The translations under genes were made by a program, and so were the position numbers. 60,018 nucleotides of DNA from a virus (Duplodnaviria > Caudoviricetes): positions 1 through 60,018 of IMG/VR virus record IMGVR_UViG_3300007513_000043; one strand, given 5' to 3'. Numbering within the stretch: the first letter of the stretch is position 1; every line of letters starts with the position of its first letter. Below the pieces are notes generated by a model, which had not been told where the DNA came from, ran no database searches, and saw only the letters and a list, made by a program, of their open reading frames with translations. This document shows positions 40,353 to 50,388 of the stretch, piece after piece.

Positions 40353-40361
40353 ATAATCTCC

Positions 40362-41696
40362 CTATGTATAACTCCCGGTCATTACAATTGAATAGTTTGC
40401 ATCTGGTTTAGCAGTAGCAGTTGCTTTAGTTCTAACAAATGCAGCAAATCCATCACCAGCATTAAACGAGTGTCCTAAATCTATATAATTAACTTGATTA
40501 AATTTATATTGTGAAACCGGACCATTATTATCTTTAATAACAAGTGCTCCAGACAAATAATATAAGCTACCAAATGTATCGGTATCTGCATCGTATTTAG
40601 TTACTAAAACATCCATACTAGTTATATCATTATCTTCAGTCGCATACGAATAATAAAGTCCCTCAATAGTACCAGCTTTTGGCGCAACAAAAAATAAGCA
40701 TCTTGCTAATTCGTGAGTCCTTAAGTCATAATTACTATTATCTGGGTCAAAATTAGAATTTAAAGCATCTATAATAGGTGTATCTACTGTATTTCTAACT
40801 GGATACCAAACATCTTTTGCATTATTAGCATATCTGAAATTCTGTGATATTGAAAAACCTCCAAATTTCTTCCAATCAAAAACATTCATATTTGCAGCAG
40901 ATAGTAAACTTCTTCCATTTGAACTGCAATCAATTTCTTCTACATCTCCATTCCCAGCTGTAGACCTACCTAATATTTTATCTGTATCTATATTTTGCAT
41001 CTTAGCAAATGATACTTTATCATTTTGTATATCAAACTGTACACCATTACCTACACTAGTATTAGATGCGGATATATCCCCATCAGAAACAGATAATGTG
41101 TAATTTCGCCACTTTGAATTAGTGCTATCCCAAAAAAGCATTTGGTTGTCTTGTTCAGTGCCTATGAGCGTATCTGTAGCTCCAGCTATGCTATTTGCAA
41201 CTCCAGATGTATTTACAAAATCCTTAACTGCCTTAACAGTAGGGACTGCAATTGTATCATTATCATTGCCACTAAAATCAGCAGTAGGAACAACATCTCC
41301 TTCATTTAGGATTTTCCACCAATCAGCACCATTTGATATATGTAATTGATAAGGAGAACTAAGACCATTTCCTTGGTCCGCAGTTATTGAAGCTAAAGCT
41401 CCACTACTTTTAACTAATGAGCTTGAATTTGCGTGCGGATGTAAATTAAGTCTTCCATCAGCCATTATAGATAACCCAGCAAGAGAGGAAGTACTATGTC
41501 TAAATTCCAATGCATCCACAGAGGATGCATATCCTATAGTAAAATCACTATCATATCCAAATGTAAATCTTTTATCGTCCCCTAAATGGAATCTATTATC
41601 TTGGACACCAAGACTATTAGAAGAACCAACAAAATCAGCTCTCTTACTCCATTCTGTTTTATTATCAATAGTTTGATTTGCCCAATTTTCTGACAT
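40362..41696 (-). CDS. minor virion/fibre-like protein
   Basis: VPTVKAVKDFV, LFWDSTNSKWRN and ILGRSTAGNGDVEEI fibre-type motifs. Confidence 0.6.
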   Translation of the reverse strand: MSENWANQTIDNKTEWSKRADFVGSSNSLGVQDNRFHLGDDKRFTFGYDSDFTIGYASSVDALEFRHSTSSLAGLSIMADGRLNLHPHANSSSLVKSSGALASITADQGNGLSSPYQLHISNGADWWKILNEGDVVPTADFSGNDNDTIAVPTVKAVKDFVNTSGVANSIAGATDTLIGTEQDNQMLFWDSTNSKWRNYTLSVSDGDISASNTSVGNGVQFDIQNDKVSFAKMQNIDTDKILGRSTAGNGDVEEIDCSSNGRSLLSAANMNVFDWKKFGGFSISQNFRYANNAKDVWYPVRNTVDTPIIDALNSNFDPDNSNYDLRTHELARCLFFVAPKAGTIEGLYYSYATEDNDITSMDVLVTKYDADTDTFGSLYYLSGALVIKDNNGPVSQYKFNQVNYIDLGHSFNAGDGFAAFVRTKATATAKPDANYSIVMTGSYT

Positions 41697-41698
41697 TA

Positions 41699-42145
41699 TT
41701 ACCTCATATATGGATTACCAGAAATAATTCTAGCTCCACCTACTTTCCTACTATTATATCTAGATACTTTATCTCTAAATCTTTGCATAAAATATTCTCT
41801 TTTAGAATGGTCTTTTGGGTCCTCGACTAATTGAGCTTTAATGTAGTCTACTACAGCCATAGCCAATACATCATTTACCGGGATACTATCCTTTTCAGAT
41901 AAAATCTCGTTTAAATCTGGAATAGCAGTCATCTGTAACATTAAAGCATCAGAATATCCAGTTTTACCAGTATTTGCTCCATCTAAAGAATCTTGCCCAC
42001 TGCTTGGCGCTTGATAATCGGGCTCACATCCAGTAGGGTCTGATATTGCTGTTCTAATCCATTCTATTAAAACTAATTTTCTACCTCTAATAAAGTAGTT
42101 AAATCTTTCACTCATACATCTTTTATCATCAGTTCCAGAGCTCAT
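41699..42145 (-). CDS. putative head-tail adaptor, C-terminal-half-like
   Basis: YFIRGRKLVL...IPVNDVLAMAVVDYIKAQL...EYFMQRF. Confidence 0.45.
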   Translation of the reverse strand: MSSGTDDKRCMSERFNYFIRGRKLVLIEWIRTAISDPTGCEPDYQAPSSGQDSLDGANTGKTGYSDALMLQMTAIPDLNEILSEKDSIPVNDVLAMAVVDYIKAQLVEDPKDHSKREYFMQRFRDKVSRYNSRKVGGARIISGNPYMR

Positions 42146-42342
42146 TAAGTTCCTCCCCAGCTACCACCGCCGTGTCCACTATTAGATTTACTCGGAGTTC
42201 CACTTACTTGAACCCCATAGCCAACACCACTAGGAGACATTTTAGATTTCTTTTTCTTTTTCTTAGGATTATCCATTGTTCTTGGTTTTTTAGTATTTTC
42301 ATACTTATCACCTAATTTTGTTTCTTTCATCTTATCCTTCAT
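42145..42342 (-). CDS. small basic/Gly-rich protein
   Basis: Coupled ORF; KKKKKSK. Confidence 0.5.
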   Translation of the reverse strand: MKDKMKETKLGDKYENTKKPRTMDNPKKKKKKSKMSPSGVGYGVQVSGTPSKSNSGHGGGSWGGT

Positions 42343-42535
42343 TGCTTATATCTGTACTTACATTATTACTTACTACAAATGGTTCTTGGTCAAAATCTTC
42401 TTTAACTTTTTTAAAGTTTAAGTTTGAAGTTTTTATTTCCCAGTTCTCCTTCTTTCCCATTCTAGTTGGATTTTCCTTCTTATTGTTTTTATCACCTATA
42501 TTACTTATTTTAAATAAATCAACACTTTGTCCCAT
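42332..42535 (-). CDS. hypothetical protein
   Basis: AGGAGG RBS; TAATG overlap. Confidence 0.55.
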   Translation of the reverse strand: MGQSVDLFKISNIGDKNNKKENPTRMGKKENWEIKTSNLNFKKVKEDFDQEPFVVSNNVSTDISNEG

Positions 42536-42801
42536 TATACCTCCTTAATACCATCCATAGGAACGATTCTTTGGATTGGTTCATATTTTCCAGTACTTGA
42601 ATTTTTAATTTTTACAGCATCTAATTTTACCATATTACTCGGCAAGTCGTAACTGGATTGAGAGTTAATAATATCAGATGTATACTGAACAACATTCTCA
42701 TTAGTTAATTGCTCCATTTCTATAAGAGCATCCTTTAATAATATTTTAACATAATTAAATCTTGTTTCACCTACTAATTCCATCAATTCTTTAATAGTCA
42801 T
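42535..42801 (-). CDS. putative head-tail adaptor, N-terminal-half-like
   Basis: MTIKELME...LKDALIEM...SSYDLPSNMVKLDAVKI. Confidence 0.5.
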   Translation of the reverse strand: MTIKELMELVGETRFNYVKILLKDALIEMEQLTNENVVQYTSDIINSQSSYDLPSNMVKLDAVKIKNSSTGKYEPIQRIVPMDGIKEV

Positions 42802-42809
42802 TTGAACCT

Positions 42810-43265
42810 CTATTTAAATATTGCGTATTCTACTGCTACATCGTCAGTTCCTACATCATCTAAAGTAAACATATTTGTTTCTTGGGCTGGACTTGGGAAA
42901 AATATTCCTTCACCTATTCCTAATATGCAAATTACCTTAGTATTTACTATCACCTCGACTTTTGAATCTGCGTTTGCTTTCACTGTTTGGTCTGCGAATG
43001 TTACTCCAGAGTTTTTAATCCATACTCCGTTGCAAGATGCTGGTGTAGTAATTGTACCACCATTTGCTGTTATCATAGTATTAACTCCAGCAACCCATTC
43101 TGCACTATCACTGCCAGTCCAAGCTACTGATGAATTACCACCGCCTAATGATTTTTGAAAATTGAATGATATAGCATCAACTTGAACTGGTCCTCCAGCT
43201 GCACCATCAGTAGTTTGCTCTATCGGTGTGACGCTAACTTTATAATCTAGTCTTGCCGTTGCCAT
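42810..43265 (-). CDS. putative virion structural protein
   Basis: Beta-rich; lies in the head/tail cluster. Confidence 0.55.
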   Translation of the reverse strand: MATARLDYKVSVTPIEQTTDGAAGGPVQVDAISFNFQKSLGGGNSSVAWTGSDSAEWVAGVNTMITANGGTITTPASCNGVWIKNSGVTFADQTVKANADSKVEVIVNTKVICILGIGEGIFFPSPAQETNMFTLDDVGTDDVAVEYAIFK

Positions 43266-45625
43266 TATTGCTCCTTATCGTTTGGTATTAAAAACGTATT
43301 ATCATATTCAGCTTTTAATACTTGGTATTGGTTTATGTAAAAATTAAATTCTTTTTCGTCTTTTGTTAAATCTGCTTGAAATGCTTGTGATGCATTTTGA
43401 GATTCAGCTGTATATAACTGTAAATCATAATTTGATTTAGCTATTGCTGATTGATTCTTTTCAGTTATTCTTGAAACATCAGCATTTAATTTATTTATGT
43501 CTGCCCCATATTCTTCTACTGCTTTCTTTAAGTCTGAGTCATATCTTCCAATTTCAGTTTGGACTTTAGCTTGATATTTAGCTAAATCACTCCCATCCTC
43601 TGCTTGATATGTCTGTAGTTCTTGTTGAATCTCTGCTTGCCAAATTGCAGTAGCTGCCCCGATTCTGTTTTGTTCTTGCTGAACTTCTTGACTATGTTTC
43701 TGTAATGCCAATGAATTCTCAGAATTCCATTTTTGTAATTCATCATTTCTTCTAGTTGTATACTCTGTCATTGCTTTCTGAACTGTATTACTAGTCCACT
43801 CTGTGATTTGATTAGCAGTTTTTGACTTATAAGATTCAAGTTCTGCTTGATATTTAGCTAAAATAGATTGATATTGACTTGTTTCTGTAGAAACTTTATT
43901 AGATGCATCACTTTGAGCTTTCTGAATCTCTGATTGATAAATACTTACATCCTTATTAAATCTATTTAACTCATTTTGAATTTCTTGCTGATAATTTTGC
44001 AATGAATTAGTACATTCAGCTTGCCAAGAAGAAAATTTATGTTCTATTTCAGTTTTGCCCCATTTAGCTAATATATTATTAGTATCTATTTGGTATGTTT
44101 GAACTTCAGCTTGATACTTTGATAATTGTGCTTGATATTCTTGATTGTCTGAATCTAGCAATTTATTTGCATTATGCATTGCTTGTTCTATTTTACTTTT
44201 ATATTCATTCATATCAGCATTAAATGTATTTAATTGCTCTTGAGATTTAGATTGTACTTCTTGTAGTTTTGTTTGAATTTTTTGTATTTGAGCTGCTGCC
44301 AACTCTGAATCTTCTTCTGTCTCAATAAATGTTGATACTTGGTCAAAATCTAATGCCCCAGAAACAGCCGGTATATATACTGGTACATTACTATCAGCAG
44401 CAGATATTGATGCATCAGTAAAACTCGGTCCAGCTGGCGGCACTGGGACTATTGGTAAATTTAATTCTAATAAAGATGGAAATGCTGGCAATACCATAAC
44501 TGGCTTATTATATACTGGTTCCAATGTTCTTGCTAGAGTATAATCACTACTTATATCAGTATAATCTGGACTTACTGGCGGAACCGGCAAATCGTCTAAT
44601 ACTACACTATTAATAGATATAGTTTCCAACGGAAATTCAAAAAATGTAATTGGTGGAGCGAGAATAGTATCAACAGATGGAACCGAACTAGTTATACTAG
44701 CATAATTTATATCTTCATTATCTGGAGCAACTGGAGCAACAAATGCTGGCGGAGCATTAAAATTACTTACAGTAACAGAACTTTCCTCTAATATAGGAGC
44801 AACGGGTATTGCTGGAAGACTTAGAACGGGGAGATTATTGTACATATCAGATATTCTTCTTTGCAATACCTGTAACGCTCCATAAATAACCAAGGTTCCT
44901 ATATATGAATTCGGGAAATTTGCTATAGTATCATCAGTGTTTGCATCAAAATCAGTTATTAATGGAATATAAACAAAAGAACATACAGCATAAGGATTAG
45001 TTACATAAGTATTTGTTGTTGAAACAGCATCATTATAATCCTTTTCAATTGCAATTTGATTGGAGGCTACGTGAATAACCTTATGTACTCCTATATAATA
45101 TTTGTCAGTTGAAGATATTGTTGATTCATCAGTTCTAGTTATACTTATAAAGTCTCCGGCAGAAACACCAGCTAATGTATCACTAAGTGTTATATAAGTA
45201 TTATCATCTGAGTTATTGTATTGAGAGTATGCAGATACTGTTTCAGAATCAGATACTCCGGGAGTTGGCAAAACGTGAACTTTCTTATTATTTACATAAA
45301 ATACCGGGAACTCTCCAGTTGCATAATTAATGCTGCTAGAATCTGCTGCTTGATACCTTTTACTTATAGGTATTTGTTTACATCCTTTAAATAGCCCAGT
45401 AGATGATATCATATGAACATCTTGTATAGACGAAGTCTCTACCGCAAGTCCATCAGAAGGAACACTAAGTGTTTTTGTAAACAGCCATAAATCATCTGGA
45501 GAAAAAGATTTAACTTTTTTTACTATATCACTTATGCCATTTATTAACAACTTCTCAAGTTCAGATGATGTCAATCCAGCCGGTAAAGAGCCGGTATAGT
45601 TAGTTATTTGGCTCTCAATAGACAT
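43265..45625 (-). CDS. adaptor-like virion protein with a Pro-rich linker and long Gln-rich coiled coil
   Basis: N-terminal PVFYVNNKKVHVLP...IYGALQVL; repeated LSKYQAE/LAKYQAE motifs. Confidence 0.55.
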   Translation of the reverse strand: MSIESQITNYTGSLPAGLTSSELEKLLINGISDIVKKVKSFSPDDLWLFTKTLSVPSDGLAVETSSIQDVHMISSTGLFKGCKQIPISKRYQAADSSSINYATGEFPVFYVNNKKVHVLPTPGVSDSETVSAYSQYNNSDDNTYITLSDTLAGVSAGDFISITRTDESTISSTDKYYIGVHKVIHVASNQIAIEKDYNDAVSTTNTYVTNPYAVCSFVYIPLITDFDANTDDTIANFPNSYIGTLVIYGALQVLQRRISDMYNNLPVLSLPAIPVAPILEESSVTVSNFNAPPAFVAPVAPDNEDINYASITSSVPSVDTILAPPITFFEFPLETISINSVVLDDLPVPPVSPDYTDISSDYTLARTLEPVYNKPVMVLPAFPSLLELNLPIVPVPPAGPSFTDASISAADSNVPVYIPAVSGALDFDQVSTFIETEEDSELAAAQIQKIQTKLQEVQSKSQEQLNTFNADMNEYKSKIEQAMHNANKLLDSDNQEYQAQLSKYQAEVQTYQIDTNNILAKWGKTEIEHKFSSWQAECTNSLQNYQQEIQNELNRFNKDVSIYQSEIQKAQSDASNKVSTETSQYQSILAKYQAELESYKSKTANQITEWTSNTVQKAMTEYTTRRNDELQKWNSENSLALQKHSQEVQQEQNRIGAATAIWQAEIQQELQTYQAEDGSDLAKYQAKVQTEIGRYDSDLKKAVEEYGADINKLNADVSRITEKNQSAIAKSNYDLQLYTAESQNASQAFQADLTKDEKEFNFYINQYQVLKAEYDNTFLIPNDKEQ

Positions 45626-45629
45626 TTAT

Positions 45630-45887
45630 CTACTTTTTCTTAGGCTTAGAAGGAACGCTAGGTTGCCCGGGGTTTCCTTTTTTTGGTGGTTTAGCACCAC
45701 CAGATTGAGAAGGTGGACTAATCATTTGTCCGGGACCTTCTGGATTCCTTGACCTTACTGGTCTGAAATATCTACTCCATCCAGTATCCATACTAGTAGA
45801 GTGCCCGCCTCTTCCATAGACTTTAGCATCTTTATAGAATGGGTCTCTTTTTCCAGAACCTTTTTTTACTTTTTTCTTCTTAGACAT
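45630..45887 (-). CDS. small basic Pro/Gly/Lys-rich protein
   Basis: AAGGAG RBS; composition. Confidence 0.6.
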   Translation of the reverse strand: MSKKKKVKKGSGKRDPFYKDAKVYGRGGHSTSMDTGWSRYFRPVRSRNPEGPGQMISPPSQSGGAKPPKKGNPGQPSVPSKPKKK

Positions 45888-45896
45888 TATGTCTCC

Positions 45897-46286
45897 TTAT
45901 CCTTTGTATATTATTAAAGAGCAATTGGTATTAGTAGATACTTCTACTTTTTTAAAAGCTCCGAAAATTGATTGCCCAGATTGTAATTTTACTGTGATAG
46001 CTGACCCGGGATTATCTGCTTTACTTTGGTCTATTAAATTTGTATCTAATGGGGTTAATTTTAATTCGCATAAAGTATTACCAGCCGCTGAATCTGTAGT
46101 TGCGTAACATTTTACTCCACACCAATATTGAACATCTGAATAATAGAAATTAGGTGTTGATGTTGTTCCATCGCTTGCGTGAAATATATCACTAGCTGCT
46201 GGATTCGTCCATATCCAACCAGATTGTCCTAATCCAACATTAGATATTTCTGCTCCACTATATTGTTGTTTTCCTTTATGTTTCAT
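45897..46286 (-). CDS. virion protein, short paralogue of 46296-47246
   Basis: Shares HKG..YSGAE, TPLDTNLIDQS, IFGAFKK and YKG. Confidence 0.7.
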   Translation of the reverse strand: MKHKGKQQYSGAEISNVGLGQSGWIWTNPAASDIFHASDGTTSTPNFYYSDVQYWCGVKCYATTDSAAGNTLCELKLTPLDTNLIDQSKADNPGSAITVKLQSGQSIFGAFKKVEVSTNTNCSLIIYKG

Positions 46287-46295
46287 TAACTCTCC

Positions 46296-47246
46296 TTAAC
46301 CTTTATATAAAGCCATTGTGCAAGCAACTGCACTGACTACTTTAATTTTTTTGAATGCGCCAAAAATAGTTTGACCGCCTTGTAATTTTAATGGTATATC
46401 ACTTCCCGGAGCATCTGCCGAGCTCTGGTCTATCAAATTCGTGTCTAATGGTGTAATCTCTACGGACAATAACGGGGCATTACCAGTTGTTGCTGTTCCA
46501 TCTACAGTTGGAAAGCATTTTATCCCAGAAAAGAAATCTATATCATCATAGTAAAGATTTGGCTCACTAGATTTAGCTGCGGTTGCGTGCTTATCTGCTC
46601 TTCTTGTATAAACATCAACTGGTACCTCAGCTGTATATGCGTGTGCTATTGAAAATCTATCTTTTGTAACATTCGCTACAGTATGTGTTTCTCCAGAAAA
46701 TGGTATCTCTGTTAATGATGCTGTCGCTGTAGCTGTATCTCCTCCACCAGCCGTAGTAAATGTTAAAGTTGGTGCTGACGAATATCCACTTCCTTGATTT
46801 GTTAAAACGAACCCAGTAAGCTTTATGTTAGGAGTAGTACCAGATATATTACAATTTGCTGTAGCTACGACCCCACCACCTCCGGGTGAAGAAAATAGCA
46901 CTGCTAATCCACCAGCAACTTCTGCCGAGGTATATGCCCCCGGATTAGTTATGGTAAATCCGTTTGCTTTTACAACTTTATTTACATCTCCATCATCATA
47001 GCCAACGCTATTATTTATTAATATCTTATCACCAGCTACAAAACCGTGGTCTGGAGCTGTAACATATGTATCACTAGTATTGCCAGCTGGACCATCTGCA
47101 AATCCCGTAATTTTAACATTATCAAAAGATGAATTACTATAGAATATATTATTTGCGACTGGAGTTGTGTGAACCCAACCACCTTGACCTAAATTTATAT
47201 TTCCAGCTTCTGCGCCAGAATAATGCCTTATACCTTTATGAACCAT
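46296..47246 (-). CDS. virion protein, long paralogue with nested domain insertions (start revised to MVHKG)
   Basis: AAGGA RBS before ATG 47246; termini paralogous to 45897-46286. Confidence 0.7.
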   Translation of the reverse strand: MVHKGIRHYSGAEAGNINLGQGGWVHTTPVANNIFYSNSSFDNVKITGFADGPAGNTSDTYVTAPDHGFVAGDKILINNSVGYDDGDVNKVVKANGFTITNPGAYTSAEVAGGLAVLFSSPGGGGVVATANCNISGTTPNIKLTGFVLTNQGSGYSSAPTLTFTTAGGGDTATATASLTEIPFSGETHTVANVTKDRFSIAHAYTAEVPVDVYTRRADKHATAAKSSEPNLYYDDIDFFSGIKCFPTVDGTATTGNAPLLSVEITPLDTNLIDQSSADAPGSDIPLKLQGGQTIFGAFKKIKVVSAVACTMALYKG

Positions 47247-47268
47247 ATACTTTCCTTTTTGTGAGGCT

Positions 47269-47308
47269 GCGCCCGCGTAGAGAACATACACGAAGTCTAC
47301 GCGAGCGC
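47269..47308 (-). terminator. 13-bp GC-rich stem-loop after the capsid genes (attenuator or mRNA stabiliser)
   Basis: GCGCTCGCGTAGA / TCTACGCGGGCGC; no U-tract on the coding strand. Confidence 0.55.
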
Positions 47309-47331
47309 GCTATTTAGTTTATACTAACTAC

Positions 47332-47766
47332 CTATGCGTGAGTGCAAGTTTTATCTAGCTCAAGCCATTTATCTTGCATTGCAACCAATACTAGATATTC
47401 ATCATCAGCATCGAACGTATAAGTTCCAGCACCAGTTAATGTATTAGCACTATCTAGTGTGAACTTATTGGTTCCGCTTAATGTTGCAGCTGCTTGAATT
47501 ACTTTCACATTTCCACTTTCAGCAGCAGTTGGTGCCGCTAGAGTTATTGCTTTAGCACCACTAGGAGCATTATCTAATAAAGATAATTTTGCTGTCGTAG
47601 AAAGAGCACCACCGGTTGCCGGTATTGACTCTTGTTGAACAGCAGATTCATCTAAATTATTAAGTTCTGCTACACTAACGGTAGTTGCTGATAACTCTGC
47701 TAGTTTCTGTGCTTTAGCATCTGTTATTTCCGCGTTAGGATTGTTAGCTACCCAGTATTTAGCCAT
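47332..47766 (-). CDS. putative head decoration/minor capsid protein
   Basis: Immediately downstream of the MCP; Ala/Thr-rich. Confidence 0.55.
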   Translation of the reverse strand: MAKYWVANNPNAEITDAKAQKLAELSATTVSVAELNNLDESAVQQESIPATGGALSTTAKLSLLDNAPSGAKAITLAAPTAAESGNVKVIQAAATLSGTNKFTLDSANTLTGAGTYTFDADDEYLVLVAMQDKWLELDKTCTHA

Positions 47767-47769
47767 AGT

Positions 47770-49431
47770 TTAACTCGCTTTCCAGATAGCGTGACATTCG
47801 GGCATTGTATACTCGAATCCACCCTCGGTTAGTATCATATCAACTCTTTTGTCTGTACCAGTATTTTCTAGAGTTTGTACACCAACGTAAATTGATGTAT
47901 CTCTATTAACACCATTACCAACTAAAGGTCTCCAAGCTACATAGTTCATATTAACACCCAGTATTTTAACCCCACTACCATCTAGATGTATATTTCTAGC
48001 AACATTAATGTCACCATATACAGTTGAGATTGTAGTAAAGTCGATACCAAACGATTTTCTTTTTCCAGTTACAGCAAAATCGTTACGGAAATTAGTTGAT
48101 ATCTCTAAATTATTTGAGAAATATCCACCAAGTTTATGTAACCAATTATATGTCGCTGTATCACAGAAAAACATCATTGTTTTAGAGTTGTTGTATCTAG
48201 GGTCAATTAACATACTAAGGTCTTCAAGAAAACTATCTTGAGTCTTAGATGCAGTATCAAGATTAAATAAGTTACCATTGTTTAAAACGTAATCAACAGC
48301 ACCTTGGGTATAGTAAGTGTTGCTAACATTAGCTCTCTTACCAAATAAAGCAGTTTGCTCTATTTCCCATTTATGCTCAATTAACTTATCTCTCCATAAT
48401 CTTGCCCACTCATTTGGCTCATATTTAAGAGCAGTTGCTCTTGCAGTATTAGTCATACCAAACTCAGTTCTGAATATTTGAGTGTACCCAAATCCAGTGC
48501 TGTATGGTTGGTCAGACCAGTTTTCTTCAATCAGAGTTGACCCTTCGCCGTATGCAGTACCAACAACATATGAACGCATTAATTCAAGTTCATTAGATAT
48601 TGATTTGCTTTGGTCTGAGTTAGGTGAAACATCAGTGATTAAAGTTGGTGAGCTATTATAAGTTGTTAAGAATCTATTTGCAGCAGAAACATCTTTAACT
48701 ACTGAAACAGTCAACTGAACAACTTCATACCATTTAGTTGGGTCATAATTAGCTTCAATTGTTGATACACCAGCTCCAGTTGTAGTACCTTCAGATACTG
48801 CTAGAAAAGCTCCAACAACTGAATCAGTTTCGTCACCACCACCAGATGTACCCGGGTCTATTGTATGACATAACCAGCCTTTAATTTGACTAGATACTTT
48901 GTAGAGTGCATAATCTTGCATTCCACCACCAGCAGAATCTGAATAGTTGACTTTGATTATTTGATTTTTAAGGTAAAATTCTGGTCTTGTACCAGCATCA
49001 CCTAATGCATAACCAGTTTGCCCGATTACACTTTGTAGATTACCTTGTGATTTATAATCTGTTGCCATATATAATACAGTTTCAGATGCATCTAAATCAG
49101 CATCGAACCCACTGAATCCAGCAGCAGCAGAACCAATACCGGCTATTGCACCGGCTTCTGCTGAACCAGCTCCAATACAATATCCATATCTCTTCATCCA
49201 AGATTGTCTTTTTTCAGTGAATTTGAAATTTGGGTCGTCTGTTGGTTTTTTACCTATTTTAGAAACAATTCTAAAAAAGGGTGTTTGGTCTATAGATAAT
49301 TCCGTGAATTGCTCCGCGAAATTATACTTTCTACGCATCTCACCAGTATCAAGACCGCCTGCGCTATGTCCATCTATACCAGTAACATTTCCTAAAACTC
49401 TAGGATTGCTATAATTGTCTAAACTAGCCAT
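47770..49431 (-). CDS. major capsid protein (SU10/DUF5309-like HK97 fold)
   Basis: QTPFF; GTAYGEGS; YTQIFRT; EHKWEIEQTALFG; lies after the scaffold. Confidence 0.85.
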   Translation of the reverse strand: MASLDNYSNPRVLGNVTGIDGHSAGGLDTGEMRRKYNFAEQFTELSIDQTPFFRIVSKIGKKPTDDPNFKFTEKRQSWMKRYGYCIGAGSAEAGAIAGIGSAAAGFSGFDADLDASETVLYMATDYKSQGNLQSVIGQTGYALGDAGTRPEFYLKNQIIKVNYSDSAGGGMQDYALYKVSSQIKGWLCHTIDPGTSGGGDETDSVVGAFLAVSEGTTTGAGVSTIEANYDPTKWYEVVQLTVSVVKDVSAANRFLTTYNSSPTLITDVSPNSDQSKSISNELELMRSYVVGTAYGEGSTLIEENWSDQPYSTGFGYTQIFRTEFGMTNTARATALKYEPNEWARLWRDKLIEHKWEIEQTALFGKRANVSNTYYTQGAVDYVLNNGNLFNLDTASKTQDSFLEDLSMLIDPRYNNSKTMMFFCDTATYNWLHKLGGYFSNNLEISTNFRNDFAVTGKRKSFGIDFTTISTVYGDINVARNIHLDGSGVKILGVNMNYVAWRPLVGNGVNRDTSIYVGVQTLENTGTDKRVDMILTEGGFEYTMPECHAIWKAS

Positions 49432-49488
49432 TGTCTACTCCTTTATTATTTTAAAATTAATTGTTCGAAAAGAGTAAACTTAAAATTC

Positions 49489-50370
49489 TTAGTCTACCGA
49501 ATCGAACAAGCTACCTTTGTCAGAATTTTTAATCGCATTAAAAACTCTATCATCTTCGGTGATGTCCGATACATCTGCACTGCCAGTTCCACCAGCTGTT
49601 TGAGGAACAGAACGAACATTTTTCATTTGTTCAACTCTTCCACTTTTTACAGATTTTGATATATTCCCTTTTACTCTATCTTTATTGAGTAAAAAATGTA
49701 TATCATCATAGCCAATTTTATAATCAGTTGCTTTTTTCATCATATCCTCAAATTCCTTTTCAGATACATTGTTTTTTTTCATCCAAGCTTCTGCTTCTTG
49801 TTTGACCTTAGCTTTATTATCTCTATCAGATAAAGTATTAGCTACTTTAGATTCAGTGTGTTTCAATCTATCTTCCACAACTCTATCTACTGCTCTATCA
49901 AAAACTTGAGCAGAAGGAGATTTTGGATTGCTAAAAGCTTCATCTGGGTCAAAGACAAAATCATCTGGAATTCCAATTTCTTCTTTTAAACTTCTTTCCT
50001 TTGGACCATTTTCCAGATAATCTTTTACAGTATCGACTAATTGAGGGTCTTTCTTCATAACATTAATTATAGCATCATAAGGTTCATTTTGCTTATTTGC
50101 TTCTGCTAATTTTTGTGCTTCCCTCGATGAATCGCTGTAACGCTTTTTGTACGGGTTATCATCACTCTCGTAATCAACTCCATTAGATTTAGAGACCGCT
50201 TTTGACGGCGGCGTTGCTTGTTCTTTTGCGGTTGCATTACCTTCATCACTAGTTTCATCAAAGATTCCACTATTGACTTGTCTTTCTAAATCATCAAAAA
50301 AACTATTAGAGTCAGCGTTCATAACATCATCTTGAACATTTGCTGAGTTACCTTCATTAGTTTGTGACAT
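49489..50370 (-). CDS. capsid scaffolding protein
   Basis: Acidic and helical; YKKRYSDSSREAQKL; between portal and MCP. Confidence 0.75.
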   Translation of the reverse strand: MSQTNEGNSANVQDDVMNADSNSFFDDLERQVNSGIFDETSDEGNATAKEQATPPSKAVSKSNGVDYESDDNPYKKRYSDSSREAQKLAEANKQNEPYDAIINVMKKDPQLVDTVKDYLENGPKERSLKEEIGIPDDFVFDPDEAFSNPKSPSAQVFDRAVDRVVEDRLKHTESKVANTLSDRDNKAKVKQEAEAWMKKNNVSEKEFEDMMKKATDYKIGYDDIHFLLNKDRVKGNISKSVKSGRVEQMKNVRSVPQTAGGTGSADVSDITEDDRVFNAIKNSDKGSLFDSVD

Positions 50371-50388
50371 TAGTATATTCCTTGTATT

